A DNA stretch of 64,000 bases from IMG/VR virus record IMGVR_UViG_3300045125_000040, positions 64,001 through 128,000 of that record; one strand, written 5' to 3'. Under the pieces are notes generated by a model that was not told where the DNA came from, did not search any database, and worked only from the letters and a program-made list of their open reading frames with translations. Position numbers and translations under genes: made by a program. This document shows, piece after piece, positions 43,324-52,386 of the stretch. Source of the stretch: a virus. How positions within the stretch are numbered: position 1 is the stretch's first letter; every line of letters begins with the position of its first letter.

Positions 43324-44021
43324 AAGAAGATCATTTTACACAAGACGAAATTGATGAAATGATTTCAGATTATGAAAATCTGTCTAAAAAAATCATCACT
43401 ATAAATCTTAATGATACTCCAACAGATTTTGTTTGGCCAAAACATGATGTTGAATGTATTTCAGTTTTGTTGCATGATTGGCCCAATCATAATAAAGCAC
43501 TTGATAAACATGTTAAAGATGGTAACGCAGTATTAATTGCTGGAGGTAATGCAGGTCTTTATCCGTTTTTTTATTCATTAAGATTTAAAAAAGTATATAC
43601 ATTTGAACCAGAAATTTTGAATTTCTCATGTCTAGTAGATAATTGTAAATCCGCTAATGTGATAAAATTTAATGCAGGTCTTTCTGATAAATCAGAATTT
43701 GTTGGATTTCATTTATCTCTTAATAATAATGGAATGCATCGTATAACTGATACCAAGTCTGAATCTGCTTTTGAAATTTTTACATTAACAATTGATTCTT
43801 TAAATATCCCTGAATTGTCTTTAATTCATCTGGATACAGAAGGATGTGAATTAAAAATATTTAAAGGTGCTATTGAGACTATAAAGAGATGTAAACCAAT
43901 CATTTTAACTGACCTGACAGTTGATGAAGAAGAAATAACTAAATTATTGACTGAACTTGGTTATGATAAAAAAGAAGAATATGGCATAGAAAAGACTGCC
44001 ATCTTTGTTCCCAAGGAGTGA
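43320..44021 (+). CDS. FkbM-family methyltransferase
   Basis: AGGNAGLYP..VYTFEP..NF; TIDSL..LIHLDTEG.E...KGA..TI..CKP. Confidence 0.85.
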   Translation: MKEDHFTQDEIDEMISDYENLSKKIITINLNDTPTDFVWPKHDVECISVLLHDWPNHNKALDKHVKDGNAVLIAGGNAGLYPFFYSLRFKKVYTFEPEILNFSCLVDNCKSANVIKFNAGLSDKSEFVGFHLSLNNNGMHRITDTKSESAFEIFTLTIDSLNIPELSLIHLDTEGCELKIFKGAIETIKRCKPIILTDLTVDEEEITKLLTELGYDKKEEYGIEKTAIFVPKE

Positions 44022-44153
44022 TTATGAAATATTTTCCATTTGACACATTAAATAAAATGGTTTATTATCAAGCCAAATTCGAAGAAACTTTTTATTAGTT
44101 TTTATTCTATTGGTCATTTTTACTTTAATTAAAATTTTTAATTTATTTGACAA

Positions 44154-44345
44154 ATGACAATAGAAAAATTTTTAAATTATTGTGAATATTCTAATATTCA
44201 AATCGCACTAGACTTAAACCCATTCACATGGGGGTTTAAATATTATTATACTGGTCCAGATGATTTAGACCCCGGAATGTATTATTTGACATTTAAATTT
44301 ATTTGTGTTAGAATGACATTTCTATTCGATGATGGGAGTTGGTAG
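44154..44345 (+). CDS. Hypothetical protein
   Basis: 63-aa ORF. Confidence 0.45.
   Translation: MTIEKFLNYCEYSNIQIALDLNPFTWGFKYYYTGPDDLDPGMYYLTFKFICVRMTFLFDDGSW
44286..44314 (+). promoter_or_regulatory. sigma70-type early promoter
   Basis: TTGACA-N17-TAGAAT; another candidate TTGACA-N17-TATTAT at 44040-44068. Confidence 0.6.
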
Positions 44346-44889
44346 TGAACATTTTCTATATTGATCATGACCCTGTTCAGGCTGCACAGTGGATGGTAGA
44401 CAAGCATGTTGTTAAGATGATTCTTGAATCAGCACAACTATTGTCTACTGCCCATCGTGTTCTTGATGGCATGGAAAGTATTGGAACAAGTCCTTCTGGA
44501 AGAAGTAAAAGATATGGGAGTTATTTGATGCTCGTGAACCAATTGTTTATCAAGCTACGCATATTAATCATCCATCTGCTGTATGGTGCCGCAGTAGCAT
44601 CCAGAATTATGATTGGTTGGTAGAACACATGTTTGCTCTTATGGAAGAGTATACACATCGTTATAATAAAACTCATAAGTGTTATGGTGAACTATCATAC
44701 ACTCTTCAGTCACCTCCCAAGAATCTACAGGAATATGACTGGACTCCTATGCCATCTTGTATGGACGAACAGTATATAATCTCAAATGATCCCATAATTA
44801 ATTACAGGAATTACTATATAAACGGTAAAACCAATCTTCATAAATGGACAAATCGTGAGGCACCACTTTGGATCTCAAGCCAACATTAA
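44345..44889 (+). CDS. Pyrimidine-dimer DNA glycosylase/DenV-like family protein (indel)
   Basis: NIFYID.DP..AAQ..DKHVVKMILESAQLLSTAH; TH.NHPSAVW; YRNYY...K...WT.R..P.W. Confidence 0.8.
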
Positions 44890-45446
44890 TTATTGATGAT
44901 TTAATCCCATCAGATAAACAACAAGAATTTCATGACATCATCATGTCTCAAAGAGCATGGTGTTTTGTTAAGGATATGACATATTCACGTGGAGATGTAA
45001 AATATCCATCATACGGATTTAATATGTTGTTTAAACATCCAGAATATGGTATAATGTCTGAATTGTATGAGGCCGTGTCAGTTCCTATTATTAATGCTCT
45101 ATTGGAAAAGACAGACATATCTATCAATGACATATTTTTCAATAGAGCGTTTCTTCAATTGCCTTTGTCTCCTTCGTTTTATAAAGGTCAAAATGGTCTT
45201 CATGTTGATTTGGCAGAACCACATTATGCATGTGTATACTATCTAAATGATAGTGATGGAGATACAATTATTATGGAACAATCTACTGTAGATACTGCTC
45301 CTGGTTCTCAAGGCGTTGATGTTAAAATTCATAGAAGCGTAACACCAAAAAAGGGTAGGATGGTTATCTTTGATGGTCGGAGATATCATTGTTCAAGCCA
45401 ACCAAAAGAAAATTATCGTGCAATAATAAACTTTGATTTAACTTAA
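44868..45446 (+). CDS. 2OG-Fe(II) oxygenase family protein
   Basis: HVD..YYLNDSDGDT..PKKGR.VIFDG..YHCSS.P...R..INF. Confidence 0.85.
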   Translation: MDLKPTLIIDDLIPSDKQQEFHDIIMSQRAWCFVKDMTYSRGDVKYPSYGFNMLFKHPEYGIMSELYEAVSVPIINALLEKTDISINDIFFNRAFLQLPLSPSFYKGQNGLHVDLAEPHYACVYYLNDSDGDTIIMEQSTVDTAPGSQGVDVKIHRSVTPKKGRMVIFDGRRYHCSSQPKENYRAIINFDLT

Positions 45447-45449
45447 AGG

Positions 45450-45842
45450 ATGTATAATATGAATATGTTCCAAGATGTGAAAGAATTTCAAACACTTATG
45501 GGTCAACTTGTAGGAACAAGACCAGAGTTTCCTGATGGTCCAGAACGTGCTCTACGTATGAGACTTCTAGAAGAAGAAATGAAAGAATACGAACAGGGTG
45601 AGTATAATAATGACCTCGAAAACATCGCTAAAGAGCTTGCTGATATTATTTACATTGTCTGTGGCACTGCTGTATCCTATGGAATCCCTCTTGACGAAGT
45701 ATTTGCCGCCGTCCATGCGAGTAACATGGCAAAACTAGTTGATGGTAAACCCATTCGTCGTGAAGATGGTAAGATTCTAAAACCAGAAGGTTGGACTCCA
45801 CCAAACATCAAGGCTATTTTATATGACAAGGAAGGTGATTGA
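45450..45842 (+). CDS. MazG-like NTP pyrophosphohydrolase
   Basis: LLEEE..E..KELADIIY..G..VH.SNM.K..REDGKILKP.GW. Confidence 0.88.
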   Translation: MYNMNMFQDVKEFQTLMGQLVGTRPEFPDGPERALRMRLLEEEMKEYEQGEYNNDLENIAKELADIIYIVCGTAVSYGIPLDEVFAAVHASNMAKLVDGKPIRREDGKILKPEGWTPPNIKAILYDKEGD

Positions 45843-46198
45843 TGAAGACTATTATATATGATGAATCCGGATTTTCAATTGGTGAGGTGGGACCATTGTT
45901 AAATACAAATACGCATAATATTGAATATAAATATGCAGAAGATAAAATCATTGCAGACTTCAAGTCATACATTGATAAGACTTACCAAGAGCATTACAAA
46001 ACCGACAATGACAAAGGTATTGAGTGCTTTGACGCTTGGATTGCTCTTGGGAACTCTTCAAGTTCATTTCGTGATACTGCTATCAAGTATCTTTGGAGAT
46101 ATGGTAAGAAGAATGGACTAAATAAGAATGACCTACTCAAAGTAATACATTATGCTTTGATGATGTTATATGTAGATCATTATAAGGATCATAAATGA
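45842..46198 (+). CDS. DUF3310/T7 gp1.7-like nucleotide-kinase-domain protein
   Basis: YI..TY.EHY..IEC.D..AIKYLWRYGKK.G....DLLK..HY. Confidence 0.75.
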   Translation: MKTIIYDESGFSIGEVGPLLNTNTHNIEYKYAEDKIIADFKSYIDKTYQEHYKTDNDKGIECFDAWIALGNSSSSFRDTAIKYLWRYGKKNGLNKNDLLKVIHYALMMLYVDHYKDHK

Positions 46199-46391
46199 AA
46201 TCTATTGATGAACATAATAAGAAAGAATAAATTCTTTCAGAGTGTTAGAAAAAGTTGGAACTGGTATTCAATGTCCTCAATGTGGTGATGAATTATTAGA
46301 AACTAATCCCGGCACATTATTGATGTCAAATCCTCCACAGAAAAATGTTCATTGTCCCACTTGTAAATATAAAAGTTATATTATAGCATAA
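46195..46391 (+). CDS. Small zinc-ribbon protein (indel)
   Basis: CPQCGDEL...SNPPQ..VHCPTC. Confidence 0.55.
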
Positions 46392-46408
46392 AGAAAGGGT
46401 GAATAATA

Positions 46409-47400
46409 ATGGAAATTAAAATCCCAATTGAAAAGTTACGTGAGAGAAAGCTTTTTGTAGCCACGCCAATGTATGGTGGACAGTGCGCCGGTATGTTTGC
46501 CAAGTCATGTGCAGATTTATCAGCTATTTGCACACAGTATGGAATTCCTCTACAGTATTATTATCTCTTCAACGAATCACTAATTACACGTGCTCGTAAT
46601 TATTGTTGCGATGAATTCATGCGTTCTGAAGCAGAACATATGATGTTTATTGATTCTGATATTGGTTTCAACCCACAAGACGTTATTGCTCTTATGGCGC
46701 GCTACAGGCTAATGATGAAGAAAAGTATGATATCATTGGCGGTCCATATCCCAAAAGTGTATTTCTTGGGAAAGGTAAAACACGCTGTTGATAAGGGTAT
46801 CGCTGATGACGATCCAAATATTCTAGAAAGATTCGTTGGTGATTATGTTTTCAATCCCAAGGGTGGTCAGCAATCTATCCCACTCCAATGAACCAGTAGA
46901 AGTTCTTGAGAGTTGGAACAGGATTTATGATGGTCACTAAGAAGGCCATGCAGAAGTTTTATGATGCTTATAAGGATCAGTATTCATATAAGCCAGATCA
47001 TGTTCGCACAGAACATTTTGATGGTTCAAGAGAAATTCTACAATTTTCCAGGCAGAGGTTGACCAAATCGACTTTGGGCGTTATTATGAGTCTGAAATGA
47101 AGCGGTTGGCTTCTCTAAAGCTAAATGATCCAGATGCTATTCAGAAAGAAATCACAAAGATTTTTGATACAGCAAAGGAACTTAATAGCAAAAAGTCAAA
47201 GCGTTATCTTTCAGAGGATTATTGGTTCTGTCAGAAGGCACAAGATATTGGTCTTAAGACATGGTTCTGTCCATGGATGAAGATGCAGCATGTTGGAACT
47301 TATATATTTGGTGGATCATTGGCTGACTTGGCTCAGATTGGTGCTTCTGCAACTGCTGATCCGAGGTGCTATTGGCGGGAAGCCAAAGAAAAAGAATTAA
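46409..47400 (+). CDS. GT-A-fold glycosyltransferase-like protein (indels)
   Basis: FVATPMYGG; NESLITRARN; MFIDSDI (DxD); GTGFMM; YLSEDYWFC; HVGTYIF. Confidence 0.75.
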
Positions 47401-47418
47401 GATTGAAGGGGTTATATT

Positions 47419-48074
47419 ATGAAAATTGATGCTGATACTATCAATGTGTTGAAGAGTTTTTCTAAAATCAATCCTTCTATTGTGTTTTCAGAGGGAAATA
47501 TCATAAAGTCAACATCTCCCAAGAAGTCTGTTAAGGCTATTGCCAGAGTCAAGACTAACTTTCCCAAGAGATTTGCAATCTATAATCTGGATCGTTTCAT
47601 TGGTATTCTTAGTACTTTTAATGATCCAGATATGGAATTTAATGATACTTCTGTTATTATTTCTGATAATAATAAGAAAATCAATTATGTATATGCTGAT
47701 GAAAGCACATTAAAAATCTTTGACAAAAGAAATTCCTTTTCCGTCGCCTTATATCACATGCACAGTTACAAATGAAAATTTGAAAGATGTAGAAAAAGGC
47801 GGCGGGTATTTTGGCGTTTCCTGAAATTGTTATTTCTGGTGATGGAAGTAACCTATATATTCAGGCAATGAATTCGGCTAATCCATCAGCGGATGTTTAT
47901 TCAATTAACATTGGATATACTGACAAGGTGTTTAGGGCTGTGTTTAATTGTGAGAATATTAAATTTCTACCAAGGAATTATGAAGTTAATATTGCATCAT
48001 CAGGAATTGCACATTTCGTAAGTGAAGATGTTGAATATTATATTGTGATTGAAGCAAAACCTTCAATGTTCTGA
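47419..48074 (+). CDS. gp45: Sliding clamp (indels)
   Basis: MKIDADTINVLKSFSKINPSI..F...FAIY.L..F..LS.F; position before gp44. Confidence 0.9.
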
Positions 48075-48096
48075 TGGGGGTTATTCCCCCATTTTA
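48074..48096 (+). terminator. Hairpin between gp45 and gp44
   Basis: ATGGGGG-ttatt-CCCCCAT then TTT. Confidence 0.55.
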
Positions 48097-48116
48097 TATT
48101 ATGATGGAGATATAGT

Positions 48117-49053
48117 ATGAATGAAGAATTCTTGTGGGTAGAAAAGTATCGCCCTAAGACTATTGAAGACACGGTTCTTCCATGTGATCTTAAGAAAACT
48201 TTCAGCTGTTTGTTTATCAGAAGAATATTCCAAATTTGATTCTATCAGGCACATCAGGTATTGGTAAGACTACCGTTGCACGTGCTATGCTGGAGCAGTT
48301 GGAGTGTGATTATATTGTAATTAATGGATCTATGAATGGAAACATCGACACTCTCAGAAACGAAATCCTCAACTTTGCCTCAAGCGTCAGTTTTTCTGGT
48401 GGAAGAAAATACGTCATCCTTGATGAGGCAGACTACCTCAATGCCAACTCAACACAACCTGCACTCCGTAACTTTATGGAGGAGTTCTCCAGAAACTGTG
48501 GTTTCATTCTCACTTGTAACTTCAAGAACCGTATTATCGAACCGCTCCACTCAAGGTGTTCGGTAATTGATTTCAAGATTAACAAGAAGTCAATGGCCAA
48601 ACTTGCTACACAGTTTTTTCAACGTGTCTGTGATATTCTACAGAATGAAAATGTAGAATATGACGAGTCTGTTGTGGCAGAAGTCATTAATAAATATTTT
48701 CCAGATTGGAGGAGAGTATTAAATGAACTTCAAAGGTATTCTACGATTGGTCGTATTGATTCTGGTATTTTGGTTAATCTACAAGAAACTTCAATCAAGG
48801 AACTTGTTAAATACCTAAAGGACAAGAATTATACAGAAGTTCGTAAATGGGTAAAGAACAATCTTGATACAGACGTAAATGAACTTTTCAATCAATTTTA
48901 TGAAATTTCATCTGAAATCTGTACAAAGCAGACTACCCCTCAACTTGTATTGGACCTAGCGAGGTATCAATACCAACATGCATTGTGGCAAATCCAGAAA
49001 TCAATTTTCTTGCTTTCCTTGTTGAGGTCATGATGAACTGTGAGTTTGTCTGA
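48117..49053 (+). CDS. gp44: Clamp loader large subunit (indels)
   Basis: LWVEKYRP, G.GKTT, ILDEADYL, LHSRC. Confidence 0.95.
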
Positions 49054-49435
49054 TGACATATGATTGGAGATATGAAAATAGTATTATAAATGGTAAAGAG
49101 ATTCCCGTTGATGATGATTATTCACAATGGAGAACCAATAGTATCCTTGCTAATCCAAGGATACGGTTTTATATGCGAATGAAATTAACATGGTTAATGT
49201 TAAGATCAGATGCATTATGACTATTTGTTTAATTCTATTCGTAAGTATAAACGATGGTCTAAGCCATTATCAATACGCAGAAAAAAAGAAAAAGAGAAAG
49301 GAAATGGAGTTAATTTCTTTAATTTCAGAATATTATAAATATAATACACTTCGTGCTAAAGAAGCAATTAAAGTTCTTTCGGCAGAGGATATAGAAATTA
49401 TAAGAAAAAAATTAGATAAAGGTGGAGTAAAATGA
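49053..49435 (+). CDS. gp62: Clamp loader small subunit (indels)
   Basis: Position between gp44 and regA; YANE.N; EYYKYN..AKE...LS...I......KGG. Confidence 0.75.
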
Positions 49436-49832
49436 ATGAATATTTGGACTCTCTAATTGAGGTTAAGATAGCCGAAGAAGAAGATTTTCTTAAAATAAAA
49501 GAAACATTGACCAGGATTGGTGTAGCTTCACGTAAAGAAAAGAAATTATTTCAATCTTGTCATATTTTTCCACAAGCAGGAAAATATTATATTATTCATT
49601 TAAAGAAATGTTTATTATTGATGGTAAGCCATCTAATTTTTCTGAGGAAGATAAAGGCCGAAGAAACAAGATTATAAGTCTCCTACAAGAATGGGGATTA
49701 TTGAAGATCGTTGAACCTGAAAGAATTCAGGAACCAATGGCCTCCATGAGTCAGATCAAAATTATCAATCATAAAGAAAAGAATGATTGGAATTTAGAAT
49801 CAAAATATAATATGGGCAGAAAAAAGAAGTAA
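49432..49832 (+). CDS. regA: Translational repressor RegA (indels)
   Basis: DFLKIKETLTRIGVASRK..L.QSCHI; FKEMF..DG; RRN.I..LL.EWGL; KY.MG. Confidence 0.93.
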
Positions 49833-50149
49833 GGATATATTATGGCAAGAAAAGTCAGCCGCTGATTTAAAACTACGGAAAATCTCTCAAATTCTATTTC
49901 CAGAAACAAAAGTATTTGAGAGAGTAGAAGATAGTTGAAAAAATAAAATATATGGTTGATTATTCAATAGATAACAATCTATACGCAGTTCTTATTGATC
50001 TACAAGAAGGTAATAACACCAAGCTTGTCAGAATACAATTAATAAATGTATTGAGGCTCTTAACAAGGTCAGAGACATTCTAGAAGCCAGTATGTATTTG
50101 GAGAAAGACGCCAGATATATTATGGTGGACATGATAGAGGATAAGAACG

Positions 50150-50386
50150 TTGAAGACATTTAATCCAAATAATTGTGAACAGAAAGAAATTTCTTTAGAG
50201 TCACTTGACATTTTGGAAAAAATGATAGATACTAGGTTTGAGTATTTGATAGAAAAAATGTATGAGAACCATTCTTATGCATTAAACATATATGAAAACA
50301 AATACTTACCACAAAAACAAAAAATGTATGAAATTCTCAAAAAGAGATTGACAATACCAAAAATAAGTAGTATACTGTATAAATAA
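50150..50386 (+). CDS. Hypothetical protein
   Basis: 78-aa ORF with upstream GAGG. Confidence 0.45.
   Translation: MKTFNPNNCEQKEISLESLDILEKMIDTRFEYLIEKMYENHSYALNIYENKYLPQKQKMYEILKKRLTIPKISSILYK
50348..50385 (+). promoter_or_regulatory. Tandem sigma70 promoter and late promoter
   Basis: TTGACA-N17-TATACT (50348-50376) immediately followed by TATAAATA (50378-50385). Confidence 0.7.
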
Positions 50387-50409
50387 TCGAGATTGAAGGA
50401 GATTATAGT

Positions 50410-50616
50410 ATGGGTGATGTGAATATTAATACAGTATCTAACATGTTTTCTGCGGTAAATGATAGCGTAACACTATATCGTTTTGAAAATGGTTGGATGG
50501 TTGAGATCAATGGACGAGATCACTTTGATGAATGGCCAACAATAAAGATTGTCTGCTCTGATCTAAAAAGTGTCTTGACTCTTCTAGAAGAATATAGTAA
50601 GATTAAACTCACTTAA
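50410..50616 (+). CDS. Hypothetical protein
   Basis: RBS AAGGAG; YRFENGWMVEI.G motif. Confidence 0.65.
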   Translation: MGDVNINTVSNMFSAVNDSVTLYRFENGWMVEINGRDHFDEWPTIKIVCSDLKSVLTLLEEYSKIKLT

Positions 50617-50637
50617 ATCTTGAAACGGAGATATACA

Positions 50638-50812
50638 ATGGACGGTATTCAGATTCAGATGCAAGATCCCTCCGGTAACTGGAGAACGTATAATCTCACA
50701 ACGAATTTTTCCATGCCAGATTCGTATGGAAATGGAGAATCTTCGGCGTCAGTTCCCTGAAAGCAGGGTACGTGCCGTTGATATGAACGGTCGGCTAATC
50801 GACATTCTTTAA
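50638..50812 (+). CDS. Hypothetical protein (indel)
   Basis: RBS GGAG; MDGIQIQMQDPSGNWRTY...FPESRVRAVD.NGRLIDIL*. Confidence 0.55.
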
Positions 50813-50831
50813 CATGAAAGGGTAATATATA

Positions 50832-51051
50832 ATGACAAAGTATCAGAAGGCTTATGATGCACTAGTTAATAAGGGTCTGGAACTAACGACGAAGCAGATT
50901 ACGTCACGTTTTGGTGTTGCTAATCCCTATGACGTGATCTATATGCTCCGTAATAACGGTTTTCAATATTGTCAATGAGAAGGTTACAAATCGTAATGGT
51001 ACAAAGACTTCGAAGTATCGTTACGTAGCCGCAAAGACAAAGAAGCGGTAA
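50832..51051 (+). CDS. Small winged-HTH-like DNA-binding protein (indel)
   Basis: LTTKQITSRFGVANP..VIY.LR..G; basic C-terminus KYRY. Confidence 0.5.
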
Positions 51052-51055
51052 TATA

Positions 51056-51129
51056 AGCGGGTGGGAGGTATAGTTATCTTGCCGGTTTCATACGCCGGTA
51101 AAAGTGGGGGCAGTTCCCACCCGCTTCCA
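51056..51129 (+). tRNA. tRNA with CAT anticodon (Met or Ile2), non-canonical
   Basis: Anticodon arm CCGGT-ttCATac-GCCGG; T arm GTGGG-ggcagtt-CCCAC; ends TCCA; 3' acceptor strand appears 2 nt short. Confidence 0.7.
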
Positions 51130-51139
51130 ATAATACGAA

Positions 51140-51225
51140 CTTCCTGATTGTATTCTTTTTTTACCTCTATTTCTCGAATACAATTTTCGTGCAGGTTTTC
51201 TGTGATCCTGTGGAAGAAAAACAGA
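51140..51225 (+). ncRNA. Candidate structured RNA (three-way junction plus pseudoknot) between tRNAs
   Basis: CTTCC/GGAAG, ATTGTATTC/GAATACAAT, GCAGG/CCTGT; loop TCTGT complementary to downstream ACAGA. Confidence 0.45.
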
Positions 51226-51234
51226 CAAGTTTAC

Positions 51235-51310
51235 GGACTCTTAGCTCAGTAGGTAGAGCATCGGACTTTTAATCCGCTGGTCTTGGGTTCGAACCCCAAA
51301 GAGTCCTCCA
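51235..51310 (+). tRNA. tRNA-Lys(TTT)
   Basis: GGACTCT/AGAGTCC acceptor, ctTTTaa loop, GGTTCGAA, CCA. Confidence 0.95.
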
Positions 51311-51512
51311 CTATAAATAGGGCAAGGAGATTGCCCATGAGTGTAATTGATTTTACAAAGTTAAAAGAGAAGCAAGAACTTCAGCGTGAACTAAAAAGAA
51401 TGGCAAGAGCGTTTACGTTTGGCTTATGAATATGATTGGAAAGATCCTTCAAGAGCTATCTGCCATTCTGAAGTTAAAAGATTAAAAGAACTTTTGGAAC
51501 CAGAAACAATTA

Positions 51513-51541
51513 TTGACAAGATAAGTAGATTGAGTTAGTAT
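51513..51541 (+). promoter_or_regulatory. sigma70-type promoter upstream of tRNA-Asn
   Basis: TTGACA-N17-TAGTAT. Confidence 0.55.
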
Positions 51542-51543
51542 AT

Positions 51544-51618
51544 TGGAGTGTGGCGCAGCGGTAGCGCAGGTGACTGTTAATCACTTGGTCGCAGGTTCGA
51601 ATCCTGCCTCTCCAGCCA
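51544..51618 (+). tRNA. tRNA-Asn(GTT)
   Basis: GGTGA-ctGTTaa-TCACT arm, GGTTCGAATCC, GCCA end. Confidence 0.95.
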
Positions 51619-51620
51619 GT

Positions 51621-51755
51621 TTAGAGAAGGCAGTATCGCATCACGGCTATGGATCTGCGGAGCTATAGCGAGGTCGGGAGATGAACCGTGAGGAGGCCAT
51701 CGTAACCTTGGAAACCCGGATACTGAAAAGAGGATGCATACTCGTTCCTTTCTAA
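51621..51755 (+). ncRNA. Candidate ~135-nt structured ncRNA directly after tRNA-Asn
   Basis: GC-rich island; nested helices TTAGAGAAGG/CCTTTCTAA, CAGTATC/GATACTG, TCACGG/CCGTGA, GCTATGG/CTATAGC. Confidence 0.6.
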
Positions 51756-51762
51756 TTTAATA

Positions 51763-51828
51763 GACTATGGGGTGGACGCCATAAATAGTCCCGTGAGGGT
51801 CCACGGTTAGACCCTCCTTTAATGGAGA
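51763..51828 (+). ncRNA. Candidate structured leader with alternative pairings upstream of the 51834 gene
   Basis: GACT/AGTC + TATGG/CCATA; loop GTGGAC matches GTCCAC; CCGTG/CACGG; GAGGGTC/GACCCTC. Confidence 0.45.
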
Positions 51829-51833
51829 GAAAG

Positions 51834-52110
51834 ATGAAGAAGTTTTTAATTGTTCTTACGTTTCTTGGTTTAATTGCTGCAACTCCAGCTAATGCATGAG
51901 TATCGCTATGGGTATGGTGGATACTATGGAGGATGGGGTCCAGGTGCAGCAGTTGGTGCGATGGCTGGTGCCGCTATTCTTGGTGGTGTAATTGGTGGTG
52001 CTATTGCCTCGCAGCCCTATTATGGTGGATATTATAATGGATACTATCCACGTAACTATTACTATTATAATGCTCCTCCTCCTGTTTACAACTATTATTA
52101 TGGATGGTAA
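51834..52110 (+). CDS. Small secreted Gly/Tyr-rich protein (indel after signal peptide)
   Basis: MKKFLIVLTFLGLIAATPANA signal peptide; GWGPGAAVGAMAGAAILGGVIGGAIASQPYY. Confidence 0.7.
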
Positions 52111-52111
52111 A

Positions 52112-52378
52112 ATGAAAAAGCTTCTATTGGCTTCGGTTTTTGTCATGATTTCTACAAGTTCTTTTGCACAGTATATTATTTCTGGTTATGGTCCTGTTAC
52201 AGGAAATGTATATATTGCAGAGCCATATGTATATCCTGTACCAGTTCCTGTGGCTGTGCCTCAACCAGTTCCTGTTCCTGTTCCAGCCCGTAGACCAGTT
52301 TGTACTTCATATCCTGATCCATGGGACACACTAGGATATATTTTTGGTGATCCCTTTATGATCACTACTTGTTATTAA
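52112..52378 (+). CDS. Small secreted Pro/Val-rich protein
   Basis: MKKLLLASVFVMISTSSFA signal peptide; PVPVP repeats; two C-terminal Cys. Confidence 0.7.
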   Translation: MKKLLLASVFVMISTSSFAQYIISGYGPVTGNVYIAEPYVYPVPVPVAVPQPVPVPVPARRPVCTSYPDPWDTLGYIFGDPFMITTCY

Positions 52379-52386
52379 CGGCTAGT

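Noticed and set aside
51130-51830. Hammerhead, pistol, HDV/theta ribozyme, tmRNA or RNase P identity for the structured segments
   Set aside because: Required cores (CUGANGA+GAAA, pistol junctions, HDV nested double pseudoknot, tag ORF with GGGG..CCA ends, RNase P P4) were not found by eye; left as unassigned RNAs
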